DNA of 64,000 nucleotides from positions 24,678,001 through 24,742,000 of the forward strand of contig NW_024704742.1 in NCBI RefSeq assembly GCF_018977255.1. The letters run 5' to 3'. The position numbers and the translations under genes were made by a program. The notes beneath the pieces were generated by a model. The model did not search any database. It was given only the letters and a program-made list of their open reading frames with translations, and was not told the DNA's origin. The first letter of the stretch is position 1, and every line of letters starts with the position of its first letter. This stretch comes from Callorhinchus milii (Eukaryota). Shown one piece after another: positions 1 through 11,842 of this stretch.

Positions 1-98
1 GCTTGTGGAGGGAGGTGGCGGGAAGGCCGGCGAGGAGAGAGTTCCCATAGTCCAGCCTTGAGGTGACAAAGGCGTGGACCAGGGTTTCAGCAGCGTGT
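1..98 (-). mobile_element. L2-clade LINE ORF2 fragment
   Basis: Minus strand reads HAAETLVHAFVTSRLDYGNSLLAGLPATSLHK, the typical L2 ORF2 C-terminal motif. Confidence 0.85.
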
Positions 99-369
99 AT
101 TGGGCAAATTAGATATTTCTGTTAGGTACCTTTACAGGTTTCCATTGCACATTCAATCTCATTCATTCTCCCACTTGCCCACTCGAGTATGCATCCTATC
201 ACAGAGGAATATACCAAATACTATATGCAACACAGAGAACATCTGTGATATCATTGTTATGAATGGTGCAACTTGCACTAATCAAGGCCCGTCAATCCAG
301 AAACTAATTTTCACTAACCATGAATAGCAAAGAGGACTTCGATTCCCTTTCCCAGCTAAGGAGAAAGAA

Positions 370-770
370 ATTGCCTTTTCAAAGCACCTTTTTAGGTTGA
401 AACATCTCAAAAGGATTTATTAATGATGTCAAGTGTGGTGACTATCTGTTGTAGGCAAACAAAACAGCGATTTTGTGCATCAGAATTTCCTTAACCTTAG
501 TCCCCAAAGAGCCACGAAACAAAATAATCATCTTCAAGCTTATTAGCCAAGATGCAGAGATAAACTGCTTTCCTTTCTGAATAGTGTCCTTGGTTCCTCA
601 ATATCCAACTGAACAAGCAGGCGGGACTTTGGTTTAATATCTTATTCGAAAGACAACAAAGCCTGACAATACAGTACTCCCCCAAAAGATTATGGAGTCA
701 GCCTATGTTACGAGCTCAGTTCTTCAAATGGTACTTGAACCCACAACTATCTCCCTCAAGAAACAAGATT
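370..770 (-). mobile_element. Old DeuSINE (SacSINE1/AmnSINE1-like), decayed
   Basis: Deu-domain-like blocks (tggtttaatatcttattcgaaagac...acaatacagtactccc...cttgaacccacaac). Related copies at about 28880-29040, 34650-34970, 39450-39800, 42830-43100 and 46130-46440. Confidence 0.6.
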
Positions 771-3660
771 GCATTCAGAGACATATTTTAATTAAAAATG
801 TAAGAGTCTCTTTTTACTTCCTCTCATGAGAGGCTTAATGAATAGACAGTGTCATGGATATTTTCGAATAACTAAGACCACCATAATATTTCTGGAAAGA
901 AACAACACAGGAGTAGGAAATAAGCACTGTAATTTTTGGGATTAACTCTTCTAAAACTACAATTTAATGGAAGTTTTTTTAAAGCAATCAGGTGTATCAG
1001 GTTTCTTTTAGAAGTAGAATTTTTTTATAAGTGGCGACAAATAATGAAATTCTACTATTATTTTCTATTGCTTAACATTGACTAGACTGTAAAGCTTTAC
1101 AGTCTTCACATGATATGGGCTTCCATACTAATAAAAACACTTTACTACACAATAAACCCAGAGTGGAAATGGCTGTATACTGCAGACATTGCACGGCTTA
1201 CCTCCATTGGTCGTCTTCTGAAGGGAGTTTTAAAAGGTCAATCTAAGGGAAAAAATAAAGCCATTTGAAAATGTGATCTCAATACAGTAGATCCCCATTA
1301 TGATTGGTAGTTAGGGTCTATAAAATTCCCTCCAGCCTGCATGAAGTCCTGTGGGTGGCAACCTAATAACCCAGTCAGTGGTTGATAAACTAAAATGGTC
1401 ATCAGGTTACCATTGTGCATGTACAGCTGGCATTTTGTAATACCAATGGAGTCTGTGATAAGTATATTGTGATAACTAAACGCTAGGATCAACATACCAC
1501 CTTATAAGTGACCCAGTGTTACAACAGAACTCCACTGTAGTTATCTATAGTTCATCAGTGTAGAATGTAGATATATTGCCATGGAAAATGATATTTGTTG
1601 GCATGTATTCGCACAAGAGAAATTGATCAAATAACTCAAGGCCAAGGCTACAAATTATTATATGTATCACCTTACAATTGTCCGCATTAAACTTCATTTG
1701 ACATTCATTTACCCAATCAACTAATCTCTCTCTGTCTCTCTGAAATGGCAAATAAATAATCTTCTAACCCAAATAAACTTCCATCGATGAAAATCGTTGT
1801 TGCAAGACGAAAATTGAGAAAAAAATTTAAAACAGCTAATAGTGTTACAAAGAGCATGCTGTGGTGTCAAAGGTGAGCAATGGGGAGAAGGCGGTTGAAA
1901 AGCTTGTAGTGAGCGTGATTCACCAACACGTTTTACTGAGGCAGCAGAGAAGGTCTGTGACTAATTCTTGGTTTGCAGGACTAACGGGTGAATGACAAAA
2001 TCATGTGCTTGAACTAATTTGAAGCATGAGGAACAAGTCTACGATCGATTCAGTGGAGAAGCTGGTATGTCCTTAGTCAATGCAAGAATCAAAAATGGTT
2101 CTATAAAAATGCAAGTTGTTGTTGTTAACAAGTGGTCGAGATCAAAGATTGCTGTATTCATGACTTTATAGAGGCAATAAATGTGAAAAAATATGACGAC
2201 AGTCCATTGCTTGTTTTGTGTCCATTGATTTTTTTAATAAAAATCAAAAAAATTGAAAGTAATTGTCAATATTATCCGATAATTAATAAAAAATGATTTC
2301 CACCAACCCAGTCTATACAGTACCTCTTGCCCCGATGCTTAAGGGAACTTAAAATATATTTTGTTTGATAAGACACTTTATTTCATACAGAATATACATC
2401 CTGAATGGTTAGTGGGATATCAAATAGGTTCAAAATTGTAAATCTATTTAGCTATAGAGCTAAATATGGAAAAGCATTTTCCATTACCCAATGAGATATT
2501 TGTAGCCAAAAAAATCATATTGGGCCAGAAAAGACAGTTCTTTTACGGAGAACAAAGACATTTATTTTTAGACTCCATCCCAGAAGCTTTTAAATTGTAA
2601 AACAATGTTTGCAAATTCTGTCCATAGCCCCAAAAGTATTTTTTTATTTCTCTTGATAGATTGATAGCCCAAGTACATTCCATAGCACAATTGTGCTCTG
2701 AGTCCACAAAGAAACTGTTTAGAAGCTATTTACTCTCCTATGAAGTTGTGTGCTCTCTGTCCATATCATGACAGTGGATTCTTCAGCTCGAACTACAAAT
2801 TATGCAGGACTATTTTCTCACGTAAATCACATGCTATCCAACAACTATTAATTAGCAGCAACATTGCCACCAATGAACAGGAGATCTCAACTGCTAAACC
2901 TGCGTTAACTGTTATGACAACCACAGAACCAGTGACCTTCTTCCTCCTTTGCATAAACGAAAATCATCTAAATCCACACTAAATCCATCTCTTTGTTATT
3001 AATTTTATTTTGAAATTTGTTTATTTATATCCACTGTAAATAGGTCAAAAAATTAACTTAATATGGCATTTTTGCAATCAATTTATGCATACCATTTCGC
3101 AAATTCTTTCGTCATGTTTGGTCTATCCAGTATGTACACTCTATTCCTTCTCCCCCTCTCTCCCACTTATCCAAAGCACGACACACTTGTTTTTGTTTGT
3201 TTGTACATACTCCCCCTTTGGTGTGACCAGGTTAATGTATTTTGAAACTAAAACTTCAACTGCATAAGTCTTCATTTTATAAGCGCTTTGTGCAGCACAT
3301 GAAGATTCAGTAATTACCATAGCCCAGGACACTTCAACCCACGCTAATACCACAATAAAACGGTTAACACTACAGAACTGCTTCATCTCTTAAGAATGTC
3401 CAAGTAAAGTTTACATACCACATGTGCGAACTGGACAGTAACACATGACTTGTGGTGAATGTCTGAAATAAGCCCTTTTTTGACTCACAAGTTGCACGCT
3501 ACACAAGCAGGGCCAAGGTCAGCCTTGTAAACCGTCCTGCTTCACGTGAATAGTGTATTTTCTATCAGTATACTTATTTAAATAATGCTAGAAAATACAT
3601 TTTGTGCAGACATTACATTTAAAAATACTGTGACTATCCTCCTGTGAAAGGGGTTGAGGG

Positions 3661-4610
3661 GAAGGTAAGCCGCGTGGCGGGGAGGAAGGTAAGCCGCGTG
3701 GCGGGGAGGAAGGTAAGCAGAATGGGGGGGAGGAAGGTAAGCCGCGTGGCGGGGAGGAAGGTAAGCAGAATGGGGGGGAGGAAGGTAAGCAGAATGGGGG
3801 GGAGGAAGGTAAGCAGAATGGGGAGGGAGGAAGGTAAGCAGAATGGGGGGGAGGAAGGTAAGCAGAATGGGGGGGGAGGAAGGTAAGCAGAACGGGGCGG
3901 GGAGGAAGGTAAGCAGAATGGGGGGGAGGAAGGTAAGCAGAATGGGGGGAGGAAGGTAAGCAGAATGGGGGGGGAGGAAGGTAAGCAGAACGGGGGGGGA
4001 GGAAGGTAAGCAGAATGGGGGGGAGGAAGGTAAGCAGAATGGGGGGGGAGGAAGGTAATAATAATAATAATAATAATAATCCTTGCATTTGATATAGCGC
4101 TTTTCACGTCGGGAGGACGTCCCAAAGCGCTTCACAGAATATACTGTAAAGTGAATTGACTGTATATTTGTGGGCGAACGCGGCAGCCAATTGCGCACAG
4201 CAATGTCCCACAAACAGTCGTAGATTGAAAATGACCAATTTATTATTGTTTTGGGTTTTTTGGAGGGATTATTATTAGGCTCTGTGTGGAGTAAGGAAAC
4301 TTGCCCAAGGTTTCACCCTCTGCCTGGAATTGAACCCAGGTGTCTTGCTTGCAAAGCGAGTGCTCTAACCACTGAGCTACAGGACTCCACTAAGTAGAAT
4401 GGGGGGGAGGAAGGTAAGCAGAATGGGGGGGAGGAAGGTAAGCAGAATGGGGGGGAGGAAGGTAAGCAGAATGGGGGGGAGGAAGGTAAGCAGAATGGGG
4501 GGGGAGGAAGGTAAGCAGAATGGGGGGGAGGAAGGTAAGCAGAGTGGGGGGGAGGAAGGTAAGCAGAATGGGGGGGGAGGAAGGTAAGCAGAGTGGGGAG
4601 GGATGAAGGT
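3661..4610 (+). repeat. G-rich minisatellite, ~24-bp unit GAAGGTAAGCAGAATGGGGGGGAG, ~25 copies, interrupted by a SINE
   Basis: Units counted directly: about 17 at 3661-4058 and about 8-9 at 4391-4610. Confidence 0.95.
4057..4388 (-). mobile_element. Young tRNA-derived SINE (Deu-type body, (AAT)n tail)
   Basis: Head GGAGTCCTGTAGCTCAGTGGTTAGAGC (A-box) ... GGTTCAATTCC (B-box); tail GCGCTATATCAAATGCAAGGA(TTA)n. Confidence 0.93.
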
Positions 4611-4934
4611 AGGCAGTGGCCCTAGCTTTTGCCACCCTAAGCTTAATACACTCCGAAAATAGGTAAGCAGGATAAATATTCCAGAGAGTCAATGGGTGTG
4701 TATTCCACTGCAATACCCAGGAATTTCCATGTGTAGGTGGGTTGCTCAGTCTGGTTTGGGCACTCATAACCAATTTCAAAATTTTCACACTCGTTTTCAA
4801 ACCCCTTCATGCCCTGGCGCCTCCCTACCTCTCCAATCTGCTTACTCCCCAAACCACTCTGGGACACTACCCTGTCTGAGGGCGCTATATAAGTGCAAGT
4901 TGTTGTTGTCATAAGCATTACAAGGTGTCACGAG

Positions 4935-5707
4935 GTGCCACATAAAAGGCTGCTACACAAGATTAGGGCCCATGGAATTAAAGGCAAGACATTAGCATGG
5001 ATCGCAGAGTGGCTGAGAAGGACCCGTTTACCCTTGGGAGCGTGGCAAGATGTGGCAAGATGTGACTAGTGGAGCGCCACGAGGGTCAGTGCTTGGGCCT
5101 CAACTATTTACAATCTATATCAATGATCTAGGCGAGGACATAGAACTTAAAATATATAAATTTGCGGATGATATTAAGCTAGGTGGGAGAGTAAGCTCGG
5201 AGGATGACACAAAAAGATTGCAAAGGGATATGGATGAGTGGGCAAGAAGGTGGCAGATGGAATATAATGTGGGGAAGTGTGAAGTTATTCACCTGGGTAG
5301 TAAAAATAGAAAAGCAGATTATTTTCTAGAGGAGGAGAGACTAGGTAGTGTTAGTGTTCAGAGGGATTTGGGTGTCCTTGTACACCAGTCACAAAAAGTT
5401 AATATGCAGGTACAGCAAGCAACTAGGAAGGCTAATGCCATGTTGGTGTTTATTGCAAAAGGGTTAGAGTACAAGAGTAGGGAAGTCTTGCCGCAACTGT
5501 ATAAGGCCTTAGTGAGACCGCACCTGGAATACTGTGTGCAGTTTTGGTCTCCTTATTTAAGAAGGGACATACTCGCCTTAGAGGGAGTGCAGCGTAGATT
5601 CACTAGGTTAGTTCCTGGGATGAGGGGGTTGACCTATGAGGATATTGAGTAAATTAGGCCTATATTCTCTAGAATATAGAAGAATTAGGGGTGACCTTAT
5701 AGAAACA
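4935..5707 (+). mobile_element. CR1 LINE ORF2 (RT) fragment
   Basis: ORF 5050-5652: VTSG.P.GSVLGP.LF.IYINDL...KFADD.KL...LYKALVRPHLEYCVQFWSP, the CR1 reverse transcriptase and C-terminal region. Confidence 0.93.
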
Positions 5708-6120
5708 CTATACACTATACCCCCCCACACACTATACCCCCCCACACACACACTATACACTATACCCCCCCAACACACACACACTGTACAATACCCCCCA
5801 CCACACACACACACACTATACACTATACAGCCCCCACACACACACAAACACTATACACTATATACCCATCCCACACACTATACTCCCCCCACACACACAC
5901 TATACCGTCCCACACACACACACACACTATACCCCCCCCACACACACTAACCCCCCATACACCCACTAACCCCCCCATACACACTATACACCCCTCACCC
6001 ACACACTATACCCTCCAAACACACACTGTACCCCCACCCACACACACACTATAACCCCCACACACACACTACACCCCCCATACACACACTATATCCCCGT
6101 CCACACACACACACACATAC
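5708..6120. repeat. Low-complexity CA/ACTATAC/poly-C repeat
   Basis: Iterations of CACACTATACCCCC visible directly. Confidence 0.9.
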
Positions 6121-6654
6121 TGTAAAGTGTAGTGACTGATTTTTAAAGACAAATTGTACTTTAATAACAAAACCCTATGGAATTTAATATGTAACTTAAC
6201 AAAATACTTGGGCTTTTCCCCTGAATCCTAATTTTTTAAAAAAATATTTTATTGATAGAGAATTGTATGCAATTTAGACCCGTAGTTGTTTTAATAATGT
6301 GTTTTCTCTCTGACCATCAGATTTAGGATTTAAACTGTGCAACAAAATTGTACTGCAAACTACTTTTTGCAAAATAAGTATTTTTAGAAAATTAAAACCA
6401 CGCTTAAGGATATTCATGCTATTATATTGTGGATTTTTTTCGAAAGAAAATAAAATTTGCTGTGTGTATCCCTCCAGATATTGTATGAATTTCAGTTGAT
6501 GATAAGATAAGGCTTCATTCATTAAATTGGTCCTCACAGTTGACTGACCTGTAGACAATCTGTGTCCAGGCTAGTGAAGAATAGACATTTAGTTGAGGTA
6601 CTAGAGGACTGCTGACGCCCATATAATCATGCATGAGCATGCACAACCGTGTAA

Positions 6655-7020
6655 GCTCCCCCTTACCTCTTCGACCTCCTAACCCCCTACCACCCTGTTC
6701 GCTCCCTCCGCTCAGCGGTCTCCGGCTGCTTCACGTCCCCCGCCTCGCTCGTCCCACTATCGGCGGGCGGGCCTTCCGCCACTCTGCACCCACCCTCTGG
6801 AACTCCATCCCGCAGTCCCTCCGTCTCGCCCCCTCCATCGCCACCTTCAAGACCCAACTCAAGACCCTCCTCTTCGACTGTGCTTTCGATCTCCCTGTTT
6901 TCCCCCCCTGCCCTCCCCCACCCCGACCCTCAGCTCGGGTCCAAAACTCTGTCTGTCCAGCGTCTTAGAACATCCTCCAAACATGAAAGGCGCTATACAA
7001 ATGTAATTTTGTTGTTGTTC
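6655..7020 (+). mobile_element. L2 LINE 3' end
   Basis: Encodes LLHVPR...IGGRAF.HSAPTLWNS.P.SLR...FKTQLKT.LF, then tail ggcgctatacaaatgtaatt(ttg)n. Confidence 0.88.
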
Positions 7021-7364
7021 CTAGATTCTAGTGAATCTGTGAAAGAGTGTGGAACTGTTATTGACAGTGGTGCAGGTGTTTGTGTTTACAGAGGATACGC
7101 AGTGGGACTCTGGTTTGCCGACAAAAACAATTAATTGTGTTGTGCAGGTCTGACTCACTGCTTTATTTGCATCAATTGCCAAATTCCATTGTGTGCTTTG
7201 TTTATATCACAGTTTGTCTGATCTTCCACATTTATTTTAGATTTTTTTGATGGTCGAAGGGAAACTAGCAACTTTATTATGCAGGACTCTAATCACAGAA
7301 GATTGCAGTTTGTTCCCTTGACCAAGGTTGTGCTGAGCAACATCTCCAGAGGTGGGTTATCTAT

Positions 7365-7735
7365 AGGAATTAGGAACAGGAGTAGGCCATTCAGCCCCTC
7401 GAGCCTGCCCCACCATTCAATAAGATCGTGGCTGATCTTCTAACCTAACTCCATCTGTCCGCCTTATCCCCATATCCCTTAATCCCTTTATCCTTTAGAA
7501 ATCTATCAATCTCAGTCTTGAATATGTTCAAGGACTGAGCATCTACAGCCTTCTGGGGTAGAGAATTCCATAAATTCACTGCCCTCTGAGTGAAGAGTTT
7601 CTTCAACTCTGTTCGAAAAGGCTGACCCTTAATCTTAAGACTGTGACCCCTAGTTATATATTCTCCTACCAGGGGAAACAGTCTCACACTGTCTACTCTG
7701 TCAAGCCCCATAAGAATCTTACATGTTTCTATAAG
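7365..7735 (-). mobile_element. CR1 LINE 3' end
   Basis: ORF GLDRVD...LFP...TRGHSLK...FTQR.VNLWNSLP...FK.EIDRFL, then a 3' UTR ending ggcctactcctgttccta. Confidence 0.9.
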
Positions 7736-7760
7736 NNNNNNNNNNNNNNNNNNNNNNNNN
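7736..7760. other. Assembly gap (25 N)
   Basis: Run of N characters. Confidence 1.
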
Positions 7761-10409
7761 TATTGAAAATGACAAGTGATTTCAATTTCTCTGTCCTCGG
7801 GTTCCCAGCTCCATACTCTAGTGAGGTAGAATAGGCTGGTTTTATTCTGGCTGCACTTTATTGGCAGGTTCAGAGGATTGGTTAGTTCTATCAGCCAACA
7901 CCTTGGCTTAGCAGAGTGGTTAGTTCCATTTTGGGTGTTTCTTTATTTCCAACATTTAACATTCTGCAGCTGTGTTCTGATTCACCATCACAATATCTGA
8001 CTGAAAATAAATAATATTGCCAGTTTCTATTTGGAAAAATAAAATGGGCATCTGTAAATCGTGATTCTTAGTTTCCAAGGCAAACATGGTGTTGGAGCGT
8101 CATCTAAGTGACAAGTAAAATTAAAATAATTATTATTTATATGCAGAAAGCAGAATTTGTTAACTGAGAATTATAGACATTATGTGTTCTGTACTTGGTT
8201 TGGGATCAGTACGTGCATCATTGGCAGCATTGCCAGCAACCTCAAATTAAATTCACAGGGAAAAAAGTCATTATTTTTTACTGCCAAAGCACATGATGTC
8301 CCAACATGTGTAAAACATTACAACACTGATTCTTAAAAAAACATTCTAAAATGTAACACCATAATATTTGAAAATACTAATACAAATGTTTTTAATATAT
8401 AAAAAGTGTTAAATAAAAACATAAATGTTGCTTATTGGATTTTAACTGAATGGCAGGATCATATACTTTTAACATTCCTCTCTTTTGCAATCTGAATAAT
8501 AATCCATAATTTAAAAGCAAGTCAGATTTGCAATATTTAAATCTTCAGATGACCACTCCTCTTCCTCATGGATCAGGAATCTTGGGATTACATAGCAATA
8601 AACCTGACCACACTCACTGAGATGTTTCACTATGTCACAGCTTTGAACAAACAATCAGGGAAGGATTGCACTTAGATCACGGCTTGGGGGCAACAAAAAT
8701 CAAGACTTGAGGAAGGAAAGACTTTTAGGCAGCTGTAGTCCTAGTCAGTCAATGGTCCTGGTTAGGGAGAGTGGGAGAATTGAGCATACAGAACAATAAT
8801 TGGCAGGCAATTGCTTATGTTTCTCATAGAAGAGACTCAGGAATATCTGTGTGTTTTCCAGATTACCTCTCAATTTACAAATGATTCAAAATCCCAACAA
8901 AATGTTGTGTTATGTTTTTGTAAACACATTGATTACAGCAACAGGGGATGGAAGATACACTGATCAGAAAGCAGTTTTAACTGACTCTAAAACAACTATG
9001 GTGCAGGTTTTCTTTTGTTCCAGTGTTGTAGAATCTATTCCTTCCCCAATATAAAAAGAATAGTCTTTGCATTTGATATAGCGCCTTACCACGTCTTCGA
9101 GATGTTTCAAAGCACTTCGCAGAATATTCTGTAAAGTGAATTGATGTATGTATTTATAATACATTACATAAGACTGTAGCTTGTGGAGTCCTGTAGCTCA
9201 ATGAATCAGAGCCTGGTTGTGAGAAACAGGCAGCATCATGCTCACTGAGTAAGATATACATAGTTTTACATTAATCATTAGGCAGTAATATACTTAAGTT
9301 AAAGGATGTGACAATATCAAAGATCGTAGGTAGGCCACACACAAGGATTCTCATAGTTTGACAGAACATTGGTAGCAAGCATTAAATTCTTCAACGTGTA
9401 GAGCATGTGGAGATCTTCCCTTCTTACTGAATGTCTGAATCTTCGGTGGAAATCTTGTGAACCTTTGAGTCATTGAAGGAGCACTACAGTGTAGCTCTTG
9501 TATCCTCTTTTTATATTCCAGTTGTTCACTCCATTATCAGCGACTGTTTATCCTTCATCTCGCCAGGAGATTTGGAGAATCTTTTTATCACTTTCTCACA
9601 ACTTTAACCACTCTACTTTCTCATAGCATTTTTAAAAATCACATTTCCATAAACTACTTTGTTCAGCTCTACTTTCTCATGGATTACACTTCTAACCCAT
9701 TTTGGTCAAAAACAAAAATGCAACTAATGGACATACAATTTAAACAGACCTTGCCTTGTTACATTCTGTACCAACAGCTCTATTTTGCCGTAAAAACAGT
9801 TTATATTTCACAATAGTTTGTACAATCTGACTATGTATACTTAAAGCAATTACCATGCTAATAGGAAAACAACAGTCATATGGGATCACAGCATATACAA
9901 TTAAGAAAAATCTTTTTACAAGCATTTTTTTGTAGCTTCCTGTTCCAGTTCGTCGCACTTTCACCTCTGAGTCAGAAGGTTGTGGGTTCAGCCTCCACAT
10001 TAGAACTTTAGCACTATATGAAAAGAGAAGTGATTCATTGATCTTATTCAAACCTTGTCATTTTGATATATTACCCCGTAAGGACTCTTCTGCAAAGTCC
10101 AGGAGTCACTCATTTCAAGTCAGCGGATGCAATCCAGATATACTCCATTATCATTGAGACAGAAATTCCAATACGATATTTCTTCAGCTGATACTATTCT
10201 GGATTTCAATATTGTCCATGCTTATGCTGGCCATTAGTTAGCAAAAGAATGCAATAGCATCTTCTACAACAAAGTTATTTCACCTTGCATTGCTTACCAG
10301 AAATAAATGAACCCTGGTAATCACAGATAGTCCGCTCAAGTAGGAGCCATTGAACTATCTTGCTTAAAACCCAGCATATTGAGACGCACAGAAATATAAG
10401 TCTTTATAA

Positions 10410-10945
10410 GTGGGTGGGCAAACGTGTGGGGGCTGGGTGGGGCGGTATCCGCCGAGCGGAGGGAGTGGACAGGCTATTGAGGTTGGAGAGGTAGGGGGGA
10501 GCAAGTCTGTGGAGAGCCTTGAAGGTGAGAACAAGGGTTTTGTACTCAATTCTCTGAAACTGGGCAAGAACGGGGTTGATAGGTTCCCAGAGCATGGTGG
10601 GGGAGAGGACACGTGCTGCAGCGTTCTGAATAATCTGCAGCTTGTGGAGGGAAGAGTGGGGAAGTCCAGTGAGCAGGCAGTTGGCGAAGTCAAGCCGGGA
10701 CGTAATGAAAGAGTGGATGAGGGTCTCGGGGGCCTGCGGTGAGAGACAATGGCGGAGGCGGGCAATGTTGCGGAGGTGTGGAAAGGTGGAACGGATCACG
10801 GCACAAATGTGGGGTTTGAAGGATAGCTGATGGTTGAAAAGGACATGGAGGTTTCGGGTTGGCTCGGTGAGGTGAAAAGTGCAGCCATGAATGGTGATAG
10901 CGTCAGCGGCTGAGGTGAGGAGGTGCTGCTGGGAGCTAGAGGGCC
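10410..10945 (-). mobile_element. L2 LINE ORF2 fragment
   Basis: ORF 10404-10961: HLRNIARLR..LS...ETLIHSFITSRLD..N.LL.GLP...LHKLQ.IQNAAARVL. Confidence 0.9.
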
Positions 10946-11669
10946 TCTGTCTTGCAAACATTAAGCTGGAGGAAATATATTACACATGTAACTTCCATGT
11001 TGCTTCAGATAGAGTAAAATAGACACATTGGGATGTGGATAAATCATTGTGGTGCATTAACTTTTCCATCATAATAATTCATTGTAAATTTTACACCCAC
11101 AATGCTTTAAAATATCATGATTGGTATATTAGTCCAAATGACTACAACTCTTTAATTAGAACATTTTACTTGATATTTGTTTTTAATTTACTTTTTATTA
11201 ATTGCCATTTCTAGGTGTTCCTAGTGTCTTGGCTTTCTTTTGTGATTTAATACACCTAAACAACTAATTTTTGTATATAGTTTAATCATCTTTTGTTTAG
11301 ACTGTAAAGCTTCTGGCCAATAATCCTCCAAATAAGATGGTCATTCAATTCACCACTCCCTCTACCCTTCCCCTGCTCCCTCTCGGCTCCATAAGGTTCC
11401 TATGCCAAGTACTTTGAGATAACCTTCTGATGTGAAAGGTGCTTCATAAAAAATGGTTATTTCCTTCATTTACTGTGTGCAAATTGTTTGATGAGTTTGC
11501 CTACAAATACACAGTCAATATATTTAACAGAAAACTATGTGAAGCCCTTCGAGATAATCCTGATTGATAAGGTGCTCTATGAAATGCAAGAATTATTATT
11601 TTCTTTAGTTAGGGGATCTCTAATTTCCACCTGAAAACAGAATCTTAGTTTCACCTGTGTCAGTACACC

Positions 11670-11842
11670 TGATCTGTTCCACCTTTCCACCCTGCACAAC
11701 ATTGCCCCCTCCACCACTTCCTCTCACCGCAGGCCGAGACTCTGATCCACGCTTTCATTACGTCCCAGCTTGACTACGCCAAGTGCCTGCTCACTGGACT
11801 TCCTAACTCTTCCCTCCACAAGCTGCAGATTATTCATAATAC
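11670..11842 (+). mobile_element. L2 LINE ORF2 fragment
   Basis: gagactctgatccacgctttcattacgtcccagcttgactac encodes ETLIHAFITSQLDY; homologous to 10410-10945. Confidence 0.8.

Noticed and set aside
3661..4610. CRISPR-like regular repeat array
   Set aside because: No unique spacers, no cas genes, and the DNA is vertebrate.
3578..4800. Pro/Gly-rich ORFs of 60-211 aa
   Set aside because: Translations of the minisatellite and SINE; not genes.
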